Both the position numbers and the translations under genes were made by a program. A stretch of DNA of 64,000 nucleotides from Deltaproteobacteria bacterium TL4 (GTDB taxonomy: Bacteria; SAR324; NAC60-12): the NCBI GenBank assembly GCA_051382335.1, contig JBBCAX010000010.1, forward strand, positions 1 through 64,000. Direction: 5' to 3'. How positions within the stretch are numbered: the stretch's first letter is position 1; each line of letters starts with the position of its first letter. Positions 1 through 8,982 of this stretch are shown one piece after another. A model generated the notes under the pieces. The model saw nothing but the letters and a program-made list of their open reading frames with translations. It was not told the DNA's origin and ran no database searches.

Positions 1-393
1 AACTCCCGTGGCGCCGTCGCATACGTAAGAGGTGTTGTCGGCTTCGCCACCTTCAAGGATGCCGTTGCCGACGATGCCGCCGCCCTCGCCGTTGTCCAGA
101 CCGACGCTGATTTTTTTGCCTCCGGTAACACAATTGGCCCCGGCAGGTTCATTCACCATGCTGACCAGGGATTTATCGCCGTTAGCTCCGGCAACTCCCG
201 TGGCGCCGGCAACTCCCGTGGCGCCGTCGCATACGTAAGAGGTGTTGTCGGCTTCGCCACCTTCAAGGATGCCGTTGCCGACGATGCCGCCGCCCTCGCC
301 GTTGTCCAGACCGACGCTGATTTTTTTGCCTCCGGTAGCGCAATTGGCCCCGGCGGGTTCGTTCGCGACACCGACCAGGGATTTATCGCCATT
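1..393. repeat. 210-bp intragenic tandem repeat (70 aa) plus an 18-bp mini-repeat
   Basis: 1-127 is identical to 211-337, and similarity continues to about 183/393. GGCAACTCCCGTGGCGCC is repeated near 190-225. Confidence 0.95.
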
Positions 394-651
394 GCAGATC
401 ACCTCGGTGACATCAATTTCCGAGGTGTCGAGGATGCCATTGTTATTTTCATCGATTCCTGAATAAACTTCCACGCCACCGCTGGAACATTGAGCGCCGG
501 GGGCGAGGATTTTTTGTGAGGTGAAAACCCCCTTGGAAATCAAATCGGTTGTATTTTCTTCCTGGGATGGTTCATCCTCATCGCAAGCCGGTAAAACGGC
601 CAGTGAGATCAGAACCATCAGGATGGTGATCATTAATTGAAGATTTTTCAT
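1..651 (-). CDS. Repeat-rich surface lipoprotein with DUF7151-like Cys/Gly repeats and collagen-like linkers; 3' end runs off the window
   Basis: Not in the ORF track because it is incomplete. Manual translation from the ATG at 651 (RBS AAGGAG upstream) gives MKNLQLMITILMVLISLAVLPAC (signal peptide plus lipobox), then repeats of EPAGANCxTGGKKISVGLDNGEGGGIVGNGILEGGEADNTSYVCDG and GATGVAGATGVAGANG. The frame is open to position 1. Confidence 0.85.
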   Translation of the reverse strand, partial: MKNLQLMITILMVLISLAVLPACDEDEPSQEENTTDLISKGVFTSQKILAPGAQCSSGGVEVYSGIDENNNGILDTSEIDVTEVICNGDKSLVGVANEPAGANCATGGKKISVGLDNGEGGGIVGNGILEGGEADNTSYVCDGATGVAGATGVAGANGDKSLVSMVNEPAGANCVTGGKKISVGLDNGEGGGIVGNGILEGGEADNTSYVCDGATGV

Positions 652-811
652 AATTTTCTCCTTGAGTTAATGGTTGTTTGAAACGCGATAATTCGCGCTC
701 CGTGAACATGTTTCGGTTTGGGATGTAGGTTGTCGCGAATTTCCAATTCATTAGCGATCCATGAATGAGAGTATTTGCGGATACCATAGTGTTTCAGAAA
801 AGTATTTTGGG

Positions 812-865
812 CTGGGAGCACAGGCGTCCCGCCTGCTTTTGCGGGCAGGATGCCCGCGCTCCCAG
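812..865. repeat. GC-rich REP-like palindrome (hairpin)
   Basis: CTGGGAGCACAGGCGTCCCGCCTGC-TTTT-GCGGGCAGGATGCCCGCGCTCCCAG, an imperfect 25-bp inverted repeat. Confidence 0.8.
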
Positions 866-1019
866 GAAAGACTTATCTGAAAGTCTACAGTAAACACGGA
901 CAAGAAAAATTGAGATAACCGATGGCGTAACGCAGCGTTGGGCGGCGGAATGCCACCGTGATTCAGGAACAATCGAGGAATGAGGGAACGAAAAATCCCA
1001 GGAAAGAAAAAAGACTTGA

Positions 1020-1226
<207 letters not shown>

Positions 1227-1288
1227 GAAAGCTCCCCCCTATTAGTCAAGAAAAGAAGGACTCCTCTGAAATGGGTCCTGATAACGGG

Positions 1289-1317
1289 GTGATACAAAAT
1301 TCTTCGCGTCCTGTCAA
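1289..1317 (-). promoter_or_regulatory. Sigma70-like promoter directed towards the leader ORF and the lipoprotein gene
   Basis: Minus-strand TTGACA (1317-1312), 17-nt spacer, TATCAC (1294-1289). Confidence 0.5.
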
Positions 1318-1320
1318 TCT

Positions 1321-1765
1321 AAATTTCAGCAATTTTAAATTTAGGGAAAAGTAGGTTGGGTTGAGGGACGAAACCCAACAAACCCCGTGGATTTTCGCAC
1401 ATTCCTGTTGGGTTTCGCTTCGCTCTACCCAACCTACCGGAGAAAAATGGGTCAAATTTAGAATTGCTGTATAAATTTTCAGCAATTTTAAATTTAGGGA
1501 AAAGTAGGTTGGGTTGAGGGACGAAACCCAACAAACCCCGTGGATTTTCGCACATTCCTGTTGGGTTTCGCTACGCTCTACCCAACCTACCGGAGAAAAA
1601 TGGGTCAAATTTAGAATTGCTGTATAAATTTTCAGCAATTTTAAATTTAGGGAAAAGTAGGTTGGGTTGAGGGACGAAACCCAACAAACCCCGTGGATTT
1701 TCGCACATTCCTGTTGGGTTTCGCTACGCTCTACCCAACCTTCTACCGACCTTGTCCCGGTTTAA
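1321..1765. repeat. Tandem array of about 2.8 x 153-bp units, each an inverted REP doublet (GTAG-type) inside a 16-bp inverted repeat
   Basis: GTAGGTTGGGTTGAGGGACGAAACCCAAC starts at 1351, 1504 and 1657, each paired with GTTGGGTTTCGCTWCGCTCTACCCAACCT. The outer IR is CAGCAATTTTAAATTT (1327-1342) / AAATTTAGAATTGCTG (1454-1469). Confidence 0.92.
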
Positions 1766-1837
1766 GTCTTCTTCCCTGGGACGTAACCCAGGGCTACCGT
1801 TCTCGGTATACTGTGAATGGGTAAAAAGTTCATTTCT

Positions 1838-1913
1838 TCGTTTCCCGTTGACCGTTCTTCGTTATCTGTTGACTGTTCTTCGTTATCCAAACACGGTCAA
1901 CGGTTATCCGTTA
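1838..1913. repeat. Degenerate heptamer tandem repeat (YYGTTNN)7 with an inverted partner
   Basis: TCGTTTC CCGTTGA CCGTTCT TCGTTAT CTGTTGA CTGTTCT TCGTTAT, followed by ACGGTCAACGG (reverse complement of 1845-1855). Confidence 0.75.
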
Positions 1914-1931
1914 AATCGACGTCCTGATTCT

Positions 1932-2226
1932 TTAATTGAAAAGTGAAGATATCACCCGTTTGAAGTATATATTCTTTTCCGGTTTTCGCCTAAGTTCCTG
2001 CAACTTCATTTTTTGACAATACTTGGGAATACTGTTTGGTAGAGAAAGAGCATCACAGTAGATAAGAAGAGAGGCTTCTGAATCTTTGATCAAAAAATCA
2101 ACTTCATCCGCTTGCAATTGGCAGGACATAAATCAGCGCAACTTTATCAGGGTGTTGATCCACATTTTGAGAAAAACAAGAGTCTTTAATGTTTAGATAC
2201 TCGGGGATCGCACATACTACCAACAT
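1932..2226 (-). pseudogene. Probable remnant of an AMP-binding (acyl-CoA synthetase) gene
   Basis: The frame from ATG 2226 reads ...FSQNVDQHPDKVALIY; a second frame continues QLQADEVDFLIKDSEASLLIY. Both resemble N-terminal motifs of adenylate-forming enzymes, with the intervening part and the rest of the enzyme missing. Confidence 0.4.
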
Positions 2227-2243
2227 TGAGCGATTGCTTTAAA

Positions 2244-2525
2244 TTACAGGTCCAACTCATCGTCAAAATCTTCCTCTGTAACTTCGGCTTCTGCTTCTGC
2301 GGCTAATGCCTCCTTAGCTTCAATTTGTGCAGTACGATCCACTTCAATTAAACCTGCATTGATTTCTACAATCGACTGATAACTTGGTTTATGCACTCTT
2401 CTGCTATAAACATGCTCTTCTTCATTATCATAAATATACTTTGCCCTCTTTGCGGCAACAATAACTTTTTCAAAACGAGTGCACTCAATATGGCCATCTG
2501 TCAACTCAACATATTCCTGTTTCAT
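2244..2525 (-). CDS. rpoZ: RNA polymerase omega subunit
   Basis: 93 aa; RFEKVIVAAKRAK...KP...I.EI..G pattern and an acidic tail. Confidence 0.8.
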   Translation of the reverse strand: MKQEYVELTDGHIECTRFEKVIVAAKRAKYIYDNEEEHVYSRRVHKPSYQSIVEINAGLIEVDRTAQIEAKEALAAEAEAEVTEEDFDDELDL

Positions 2526-2649
2526 TCTAACTCCCTAATCTAACACTCTCAAAGTATGGATTGATCTCTTTGATGAATCTCTCATCAACATGTACTAATT
2601 CACTTTAATTGTCACATCGCTACTTTTTAAGCTATATTAGCAACATCAA

Positions 2650-3372
2650 TTAATTTATGGTCATTAACAAGAGTTCAGCATTTTGTTTCAATTCTGGTTC
2701 TGAACCGGATTTGATTAATTCATTCAACTGGATCTTTGCTTCTTCTTTATTTCCATTTGCCAAAGCAATCCGCGCCAACATATTCCATCGAAAATCATCC
2801 CAAAGCCCACTATCCAGAGATGTTATCATCGTCCGTGCATCCACAAACTTGGACTGATTTTCGTAGATGGTTGCCAAACTCAAGCGAGCCAGATTCTTCG
2901 TAAAGGATGGAGCTTCTCCATGAGCAATCACCTCTTGAAAGGCATCTTCGGCCTTTGCCCATTCTCTTTGCTCCGCAAATAAATTTCCTAACCTCAACCA
3001 AGCAACCACGCTAAGGTAGTGGTCTGGATTTTCTAGGATGAAGCCTTGCAGCGCCTTTATCCCCTGATCCAGCTTACCCTTACCTGACACGGAGGCTTCC
3101 TCCACCTGCTTTTGCACTTCAGCATATTGAACCGATTTCTTAACCTGCTGTGCCTGGTGATACTGAAACCCTCCCCAAATACCTAGAATCGCCACAATCA
3201 TAGCAACAGCACCAGAAACAAACGGCCTTTTATGTTGAAACACGTAATTCACAAAACCGTAAAGTGTTTCCTGAACACGATCAGGTTGACGTAATTCCTT
3301 ACGAGTTATTTTCTTTTGGGTACTCATTAAAACCTTTTTAACCACCTGTTGTTGAACCGCTTCACCACTCAC
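2650..3372 (-). CDS. Membrane-anchored TPR protein, YfgM-like (likely start 3327)
   Basis: RKELRQPD N-terminus, a single TM helix, then TPR-like helices. Confidence 0.75.
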   Translation of the reverse strand: MSGEAVQQQVVKKVLMSTQKKITRKELRQPDRVQETLYGFVNYVFQHKRPFVSGAVAMIVAILGIWGGFQYHQAQQVKKSVQYAEVQKQVEEASVSGKGKLDQGIKALQGFILENPDHYLSVVAWLRLGNLFAEQREWAKAEDAFQEVIAHGEAPSFTKNLARLSLATIYENQSKFVDARTMITSLDSGLWDDFRWNMLARIALANGNKEEAKIQLNELIKSGSEPELKQNAELLLMTIN

Positions 3373-3508
3373 AATTAAAGCGTAGAGGAGCCTCTCGACT
3401 TCATAAAATTGTCGAATGGTACAGGACTCTTACAAGTAATGCAAGTTATCTCCTTCAACTAAACATACTTTATTAACTTTCTATGAAGATTCTTATCCAG
3501 AACTCGCG

Positions 3509-4849
3509 TTATGATAGATTAATTTCCAGATAAAGGGGACTTACCTTTTTGTGATTTTGGGAGAATGGCTTTGCCAAGAAACGAGGATAGATGGCCATGA
3601 CCTCATCTTCCCGACATACCAGCGGGAGGCGATCTCTCTGATACAGAGGAATCCCTTGATCGCATAGAAAATCTTTCAGCTTCACAGCTTTGGCTTTCCA
3701 AAAAGGTTGAAACCGATCCCCGGGTTGACGAAAACGTAACGCTAAAGGACTTCCATAAGCGACATTATAAAGAATGATTCCCGCTTCAGGGAGTTGCATC
3801 CCCTCTTCCAGTCTTTTAGCTTCAACCAGCCAATGAGCAGGATGAGTGAGCTGAATATCCTCCGAACAACAAACCTTCCCTGCTTCCTCTTTTTTCTTTT
3901 GAACGAATAATTGCTCTCCCTTAATTTTTAAAACCCATTGTTCCGAGAGTTCTTGCTCCCATACCTGCTTTTGTTCTTCAACAACAACGATGATTTTAGC
4001 GATGAGAGGATAATCTAAACACAAACCGGTTTGAAGTTTAAGATACTGATAGAGAATCGCATTTTGTAAAAATTTGGGTTCTTTAACCAAATTTTTATGA
4101 TTCAAGCCTTCCATTGAAAGTGCTACTGAGGTCATCCACGTTTTACAACTCAGATCCAGCCACTCTTGAAGTTGTGAACTTTGCTCTTCAATCGCAGCGA
4201 TCCGTCGATGTAACACCCCCCTCCCCAATTCATTCATTAGAGGAATCAATTCATTGCGTACACGGTTTCTGAGATATTTTGAAGATTGATTGGAGCTGTC
4301 TTCCCTCCACGATTGTTGTTTAAACCTTAAATAATCGGATAATTCTTGTTTCGTACAGTTCAACAAGGGGCGAATATAGGGTGGAGCATTCCAGGACATC
4401 CCTTGTAAATGAGACAAATGACACCCCCGTAACCACTTTAACAATAAAGTTTCCATTTGATCATCCACATGATGAGCGGTAACAATAGAGTTTCCTCGAA
4501 TTTCTGACAATATTTTCTGTGACTCTGCCAACCGCCAACCACGGGCCTTAGCCTGTATCCCTTTTGAGTTGGAAACTAAATCATTTGAAATTTTAATATG
4601 AAAAGAAAGATGATAGGATTCCGCCAGCGATTCAACAAAGTGATGTTCCTCTACAGATTCAGACCGTAATCCATGATCAAAGTGCAAGACATGAAGCTGA
4701 AAATTCCATTTCGGAAGTAATTCGATCAAGACACGCAGGAGAGCAACTGAATCAGAGCCACCACTGACACAAACAAGGAGAATGTCCCCCTTCTCAACCA
4801 GTTGATGATTTTTTAAATTTTGATCTACTTTCAAAACAAGTGAATGCAT
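3509..4849 (-). CDS. tilS: tRNA(Ile)-lysidine synthetase
   Basis: PP-loop VSGGSDS, HFDHGLR, TAHHxDDQxET, RNRVR, and C-terminal RxPGDRF...LK. Confidence 0.95.
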   Translation of the reverse strand: MHSLVLKVDQNLKNHQLVEKGDILLVCVSGGSDSVALLRVLIELLPKWNFQLHVLHFDHGLRSESVEEHHFVESLAESYHLSFHIKISNDLVSNSKGIQAKARGWRLAESQKILSEIRGNSIVTAHHVDDQMETLLLKWLRGCHLSHLQGMSWNAPPYIRPLLNCTKQELSDYLRFKQQSWREDSSNQSSKYLRNRVRNELIPLMNELGRGVLHRRIAAIEEQSSQLQEWLDLSCKTWMTSVALSMEGLNHKNLVKEPKFLQNAILYQYLKLQTGLCLDYPLIAKIIVVVEEQKQVWEQELSEQWVLKIKGEQLFVQKKKEEAGKVCCSEDIQLTHPAHWLVEAKRLEEGMQLPEAGIILYNVAYGSPLALRFRQPGDRFQPFWKAKAVKLKDFLCDQGIPLYQRDRLPLVCREDEVMAIYPRFLAKPFSQNHKKVSPLYLEINLS

Positions 4850-4963
4850 ACAAATCTCATGGAATGATCTTACTAGGGAAACCCCGACTCTACCAGATCT
4901 ATAACCAATTTGTAGCCTAAACGAAAATTACTTTGTTTTTTTGATGTTTTTTGTCATTGTTAA

Positions 4964-5077
4964 TTAGTCACTGTCGCGAAATTGGTATTAGCTCTTTTAA
5001 AAGCATTTAATATCAGTACCTCTAACAAACTAATACCTACCGGCTAAAGACTAAAAGCGGATGAAACAACAGCGACT
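4964..5077. mobile_element. Short MITE-like element sharing its ends with the 46.9-kb element
   Basis: TTAGTCACTGTCGCGAAAT (4964-4982) matches 46904-46922 at 18 of 19 positions; inverted end ACAGCGACT at 5069-5077. Confidence 0.45.
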
Positions 5078-5129
5078 GATTAATACAAATTGATGCAACT
5101 AAACACACAAATAACTCTTCCGGTCTAAA

Positions 5130-6797
5130 ATGGATTATGATCCCGAGATTTTAAATACGATTAGGAGCCTCCGAATTTTTAATCATTTCCCCGAATCAAC
5201 GCTAAAACAGCTGTCGATTCTATCAACACTGACTGATTATCCACCCAATACAGTTATCTTAAAAAAAGGTGAACGTAACACGAGGGTTTATTTTCTCATG
5301 CGAGGCAAAGTTGGAATATACTCTGAGGGTGAATATATCCTGGGTCTTCAACGTCGTGGAGATATTTTTGGAGAAATGAGTATTATCAGCGAACGTCCCT
5401 GTTCTGCTTCTGTTGTCTCCGAAAGCGATGTGACTATTTTAGCTATTAGAGTTAAGGATACGGATCAGTATACCGACATTGAGTCCGATCTTTTGAATTA
5501 CACACTTTTTCGTGGATTTGCTGTTATTCTCACAGAAAAATTGAATATCACTACCGAAATAGCTCAGAAATCCGAAGTCACCATTGATTTTTTAGAAAAA
5601 AGCAAGGGTGAACTGCAAGTGACCAATGAGAAATTACTCAGTGAAATTAATGAACGCAAACTTGCGGAAAAAGCGCTTCAACGTGAACGCAATCTATTTG
5701 TATTCGGACCTGTTATTGTATTTCGGTGGCTTACAAAAAAAAACTGGCCTATTGAATATGTCTCTCCTAACGTAACGCAATTGGGATATTCGATTGAGGA
5801 TTTCACAAGTGATAAATTTTCCTTTTCAAGCATTATCCATCCGGAAGACAGGACCTTGTTTTCCAACAAATTGCAAGAATATACGGAAACAGGTAAAGAT
5901 GCCTTTGGCCTAGACTATCGGATCCTTTGCCCTGATGGTTCAACACGATGGGTTTATGGTTTCACAAGAATAGAGCAGAGGAAAGGTAATAAAATCAGTC
6001 ATTGTGATGGATATCTCCTTGATATTACAGCGCGTAAAGAAACAGAAGAACAACTAAAAAGTACCCAAATGCTCTTGAGCCAGTCTGCGAAACTGGCCTC
6101 GCTAGGTAAATTAGCCACCGGAATTGCTCATGAAATCAATCAACCCCTTTCCTACATCAAAACCACCATACAATCGATTCATGAAGATTTTGAACTAGAG
6201 GATATTAACCCCAAGGATGCGCTGGAAATGCTTAAAAACGCTGATCGACAAATTGAAAGGATTAGTGACATTATTCAGCATTTGCGTGTTTTTGGAAGAG
6301 AAGATCCGCATTATTTTACCAAAGTTGATCTCAAGCAGACTCTTGATAACGTCATGCTTTTAATCGGTCAACGCATGAAATTAAAAAACATTGAGTTTAT
6401 CCGACACATTGAAGAGCCTTTACCCTTAGTTAGAGGGAATGAAAACCAGTTGGAACAGGTATTTATCAATTTACTTCAAAATGCCATGGATGAACTTTTT
6501 GAACACAAAAAAGCAGGAAAAATCACTGTTCTCATCAAGCCAATTCCTGAAAAAAAACAAGTTCAGATCCAAGTTTCTGACGATGGACTAGGTATTTCAA
6601 AAAAACACCTGAACAATATTTTTGATCCTTTTTTTACCACAAAACCTGTAGGAATGGGTACAGGCTTAGGCCTTTCGATTGTTTACAGCATCATTCAATT
6701 ACATGGTGGAAAAATCACTTGCCAATCTGTAGAAAACCAAGGAACAACATTTTTTATCACATTAGTTATTGCGGAGACATCTCATGGAAAAAGATAA
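5130..6797 (+). CDS. Sensor histidine kinase: cNMP-binding, PAS and HisKA/HATPase (NtrB-like) domains
   Basis: GDIFGEMS...RPCSASV (cNMP), IHPEDR (PAS), AHEINQPL H-box, N-box, DDGLGI, FFTTKPVGMGTGLGL. Confidence 0.9.
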   Translation: MDYDPEILNTIRSLRIFNHFPESTLKQLSILSTLTDYPPNTVILKKGERNTRVYFLMRGKVGIYSEGEYILGLQRRGDIFGEMSIISERPCSASVVSESDVTILAIRVKDTDQYTDIESDLLNYTLFRGFAVILTEKLNITTEIAQKSEVTIDFLEKSKGELQVTNEKLLSEINERKLAEKALQRERNLFVFGPVIVFRWLTKKNWPIEYVSPNVTQLGYSIEDFTSDKFSFSSIIHPEDRTLFSNKLQEYTETGKDAFGLDYRILCPDGSTRWVYGFTRIEQRKGNKISHCDGYLLDITARKETEEQLKSTQMLLSQSAKLASLGKLATGIAHEINQPLSYIKTTIQSIHEDFELEDINPKDALEMLKNADRQIERISDIIQHLRVFGREDPHYFTKVDLKQTLDNVMLLIGQRMKLKNIEFIRHIEEPLPLVRGNENQLEQVFINLLQNAMDELFEHKKAGKITVLIKPIPEKKQVQIQVSDDGLGISKKHLNNIFDPFFTTKPVGMGTGLGLSIVYSIIQLHGGKITCQSVENQGTTFFITLVIAETSHGKR

Positions 6798-7512
6798 AAT
6801 TTTGGTTGTAGATGATGAACAAGCTCTCAGAGATGCCATCAAGACCGCTTTTAAACGAGAAAATTATGAATTATTTTACGCTGAAAACGGAGAGGAAGGA
6901 TTGACGCTATTTCATAATATTTCACCTAAAGTGATTATTACTGATTTAAGAATGCCTGTCATGGATGGAATTGAATTCATCAAAGAACTCGATGCTCACC
7001 CTGATTCTCCTTATGCGATTATTGTACTGACAGGACATGGAGAAGAGAAGGATATTAAACTCTGTTACAATCATGGCATCTATACGTTTTTGAGAAAACC
7101 CTTCAATATATTCGAAATTCGCGGACTCGTAAACCAAACGATACAACTAAAAAAATCACAAGAAGATATCAAGGAAGCACATCACAAACTGAATCAATTA
7201 GACAAAATGAAAGATGAACTAGTGCTTTCCTTATCCCAGAATTTACAATCGCCCCTGTTAACCATTTTGGAATCGGCACAATTATTAAAATCTAAAATCA
7301 AAACAAAACACCAGAAATACATCCAGAATATTATTGAAAACGCTGAGGAATTACTGAAGTTTGTGACCATTGCTCTCAGCAATGATACGCCAGATCATTA
7401 TCACAAGCAAATCAAGGAGGTTGTCGAATTATTGAATGAAATTGAGGATGAACCTGAAGTTGCCGAGCTCCAGAAAGCCCTTGAAGAAACCTTGCGTTCT
7501 TATGAAAAATAG
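6784..7512 (+). CDS. Response regulator receiver with a degenerate HisKA-like C-terminal helical region
   Basis: ILVVDDE, TDLRMPVMDG, LTG, KP; C-terminal SQNLQSPL resembles SHELRTPL without the His. Confidence 0.85.
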   Translation: MEKDKILVVDDEQALRDAIKTAFKRENYELFYAENGEEGLTLFHNISPKVIITDLRMPVMDGIEFIKELDAHPDSPYAIIVLTGHGEEKDIKLCYNHGIYTFLRKPFNIFEIRGLVNQTIQLKKSQEDIKEAHHKLNQLDKMKDELVLSLSQNLQSPLLTILESAQLLKSKIKTKHQKYIQNIIENAEELLKFVTIALSNDTPDHYHKQIKEVVELLNEIEDEPEVAELQKALEETLRSYEK

Positions 7513-7579
7513 GAAAATACTCCTTTAAAAATGGCTAACAGAATTTATGATGAGATCCTTTATTTGTTGAAAGAATGCA

Positions 7580-8770
7580 ATGGATGACATTAACCTAGAA
7601 ACCTTAGAGCATCTTCCCGAAATTCAAAATCCTACACAAGTTTTTGACCTTATAAAAAAGGAATTTGAAAATAGAGTATCCCTGTTAAAAAAATATGAAG
7701 ATCAAGGTTCGGTCAAAGTCGCCTATCGATATTCAAAGTCTTTTTTGCTTGCACCAAATTCCGAAGAAGCCGCCATTAGCGGTGCACTGATTGGAGAATA
7801 TTTTCCAGCAAAAAAAATCCAAAAATGTATTCGAAAATTGATGTGTAACCCCTATGACTCACAAGCCCGCGCTCAACTGCTGGAGTCCTTTGTAAAAAGG
7901 GATTTAAAAGTAAATCTGCTTGTCAGCAAAGAATTATTAATTCAATCTTTGTTGGAATTAAATCAAAGCAGAGTCACAGGATATGCATTAAACACAGCAA
8001 GACACATGCAATATCTTTATCTAAAAACTCTTGAAGAGTCCCTGATCCTCACCAGTAACAGTCCGCCTCCCCCTCTCAACAAATTCAAAGGTAAGGATAG
8101 TATTCGACAACGGGTTGAGTATGAAAAACAAATTGAAAAAATCAAAGAGGGGATAATGTTCATCAAGGAATGCCTAGGCATCTTCGTTTATAAGCGGATT
8201 CATGATGAAATCATCATCGATCTCAACCGGATCTTAAACGCGAAACGAATCAATACTTTTATATTTGGTAACGCCTATATCGCAATTCTTTCCTCTATGT
8301 GTTTTCTACCTCCTATTCATACTATTTTTGAAAAATGGTTACTCATCTCAGTTCGCTTGTTTGGAGATAAAAAGGTGTCATCTCTTTTTGCCGCCAAAAT
8401 GCACACACTGAACGCCAAAATCGCTTATCTCGCCTATCAAAGAGGGGATTTGAAATACCGAAGTGTGATGGTCAAAGCCTACAATGCCGCATTACAGTAT
8501 ACGAGTTCCAGTGTTGTAATGAGCGGTCCCTCAAAATCCGCTATAGACAAAGCCTGTCTTAAAGAGTACGCCCGGGTTTGTTTGAGTATTTCCAGAGATC
8601 TGCCCTTTCTTGGAATTCGCCTCCCTGAACAACATGGTAAACGTATGGAACGCATCATTTCTTTGTTGAGTGCAATTCCCAAGGAAAAGGGAGCCTTGGA
8701 ATTACAAGGCTTGTTGTTCAAGGCACTGCAAAGCGATGAAACCAAAAAAAATCAAAAGGATGAAGAGTAA
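7580..8770 (+). CDS. Hypothetical helical protein
   Basis: 396-aa ORF, no recognised motif. Confidence 0.7.
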   Translation: MDDINLETLEHLPEIQNPTQVFDLIKKEFENRVSLLKKYEDQGSVKVAYRYSKSFLLAPNSEEAAISGALIGEYFPAKKIQKCIRKLMCNPYDSQARAQLLESFVKRDLKVNLLVSKELLIQSLLELNQSRVTGYALNTARHMQYLYLKTLEESLILTSNSPPPPLNKFKGKDSIRQRVEYEKQIEKIKEGIMFIKECLGIFVYKRIHDEIIIDLNRILNAKRINTFIFGNAYIAILSSMCFLPPIHTIFEKWLLISVRLFGDKKVSSLFAAKMHTLNAKIAYLAYQRGDLKYRSVMVKAYNAALQYTSSSVVMSGPSKSAIDKACLKEYARVCLSISRDLPFLGIRLPEQHGKRMERIISLLSAIPKEKGALELQGLLFKALQSDETKKNQKDEE

Positions 8771-8982
8771 TACTCCTGTCTGTCAAGACTCATTCCAAAA
8801 GCTTCTTGAGTGTAACTACTTATTCCTCTACATCAATCATCACCCAGAAAATTTCAAATCTATCAGCACCATAACCAATTTTAGCTCAAACATCTTGTCA
8901 CCCTTCTCAAATGATGGTAATTCACTTCCTGGCTAAGAAAATAACCTATTTCAAACCTACCGATCCATAATACAGGAAAAAC

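Noticed and set aside
32..466. Short Pro-rich plus-strand ORFs and the 153-392 minus ORF
   Set aside because: These are shadow frames of the repeat lipoprotein gene (651 to <1).
1246..1638. ORFs spanning the 153-bp repeats, and similarly 46982-47305
   Set aside because: They are translations of palindromic non-coding repeats with no protein-like features.
1321..1765. Possible CRISPR array
   Set aside because: The units are identical over their full 153 bp, with no unique spacers and no cas genes nearby; it is a tandem REP/MITE array.
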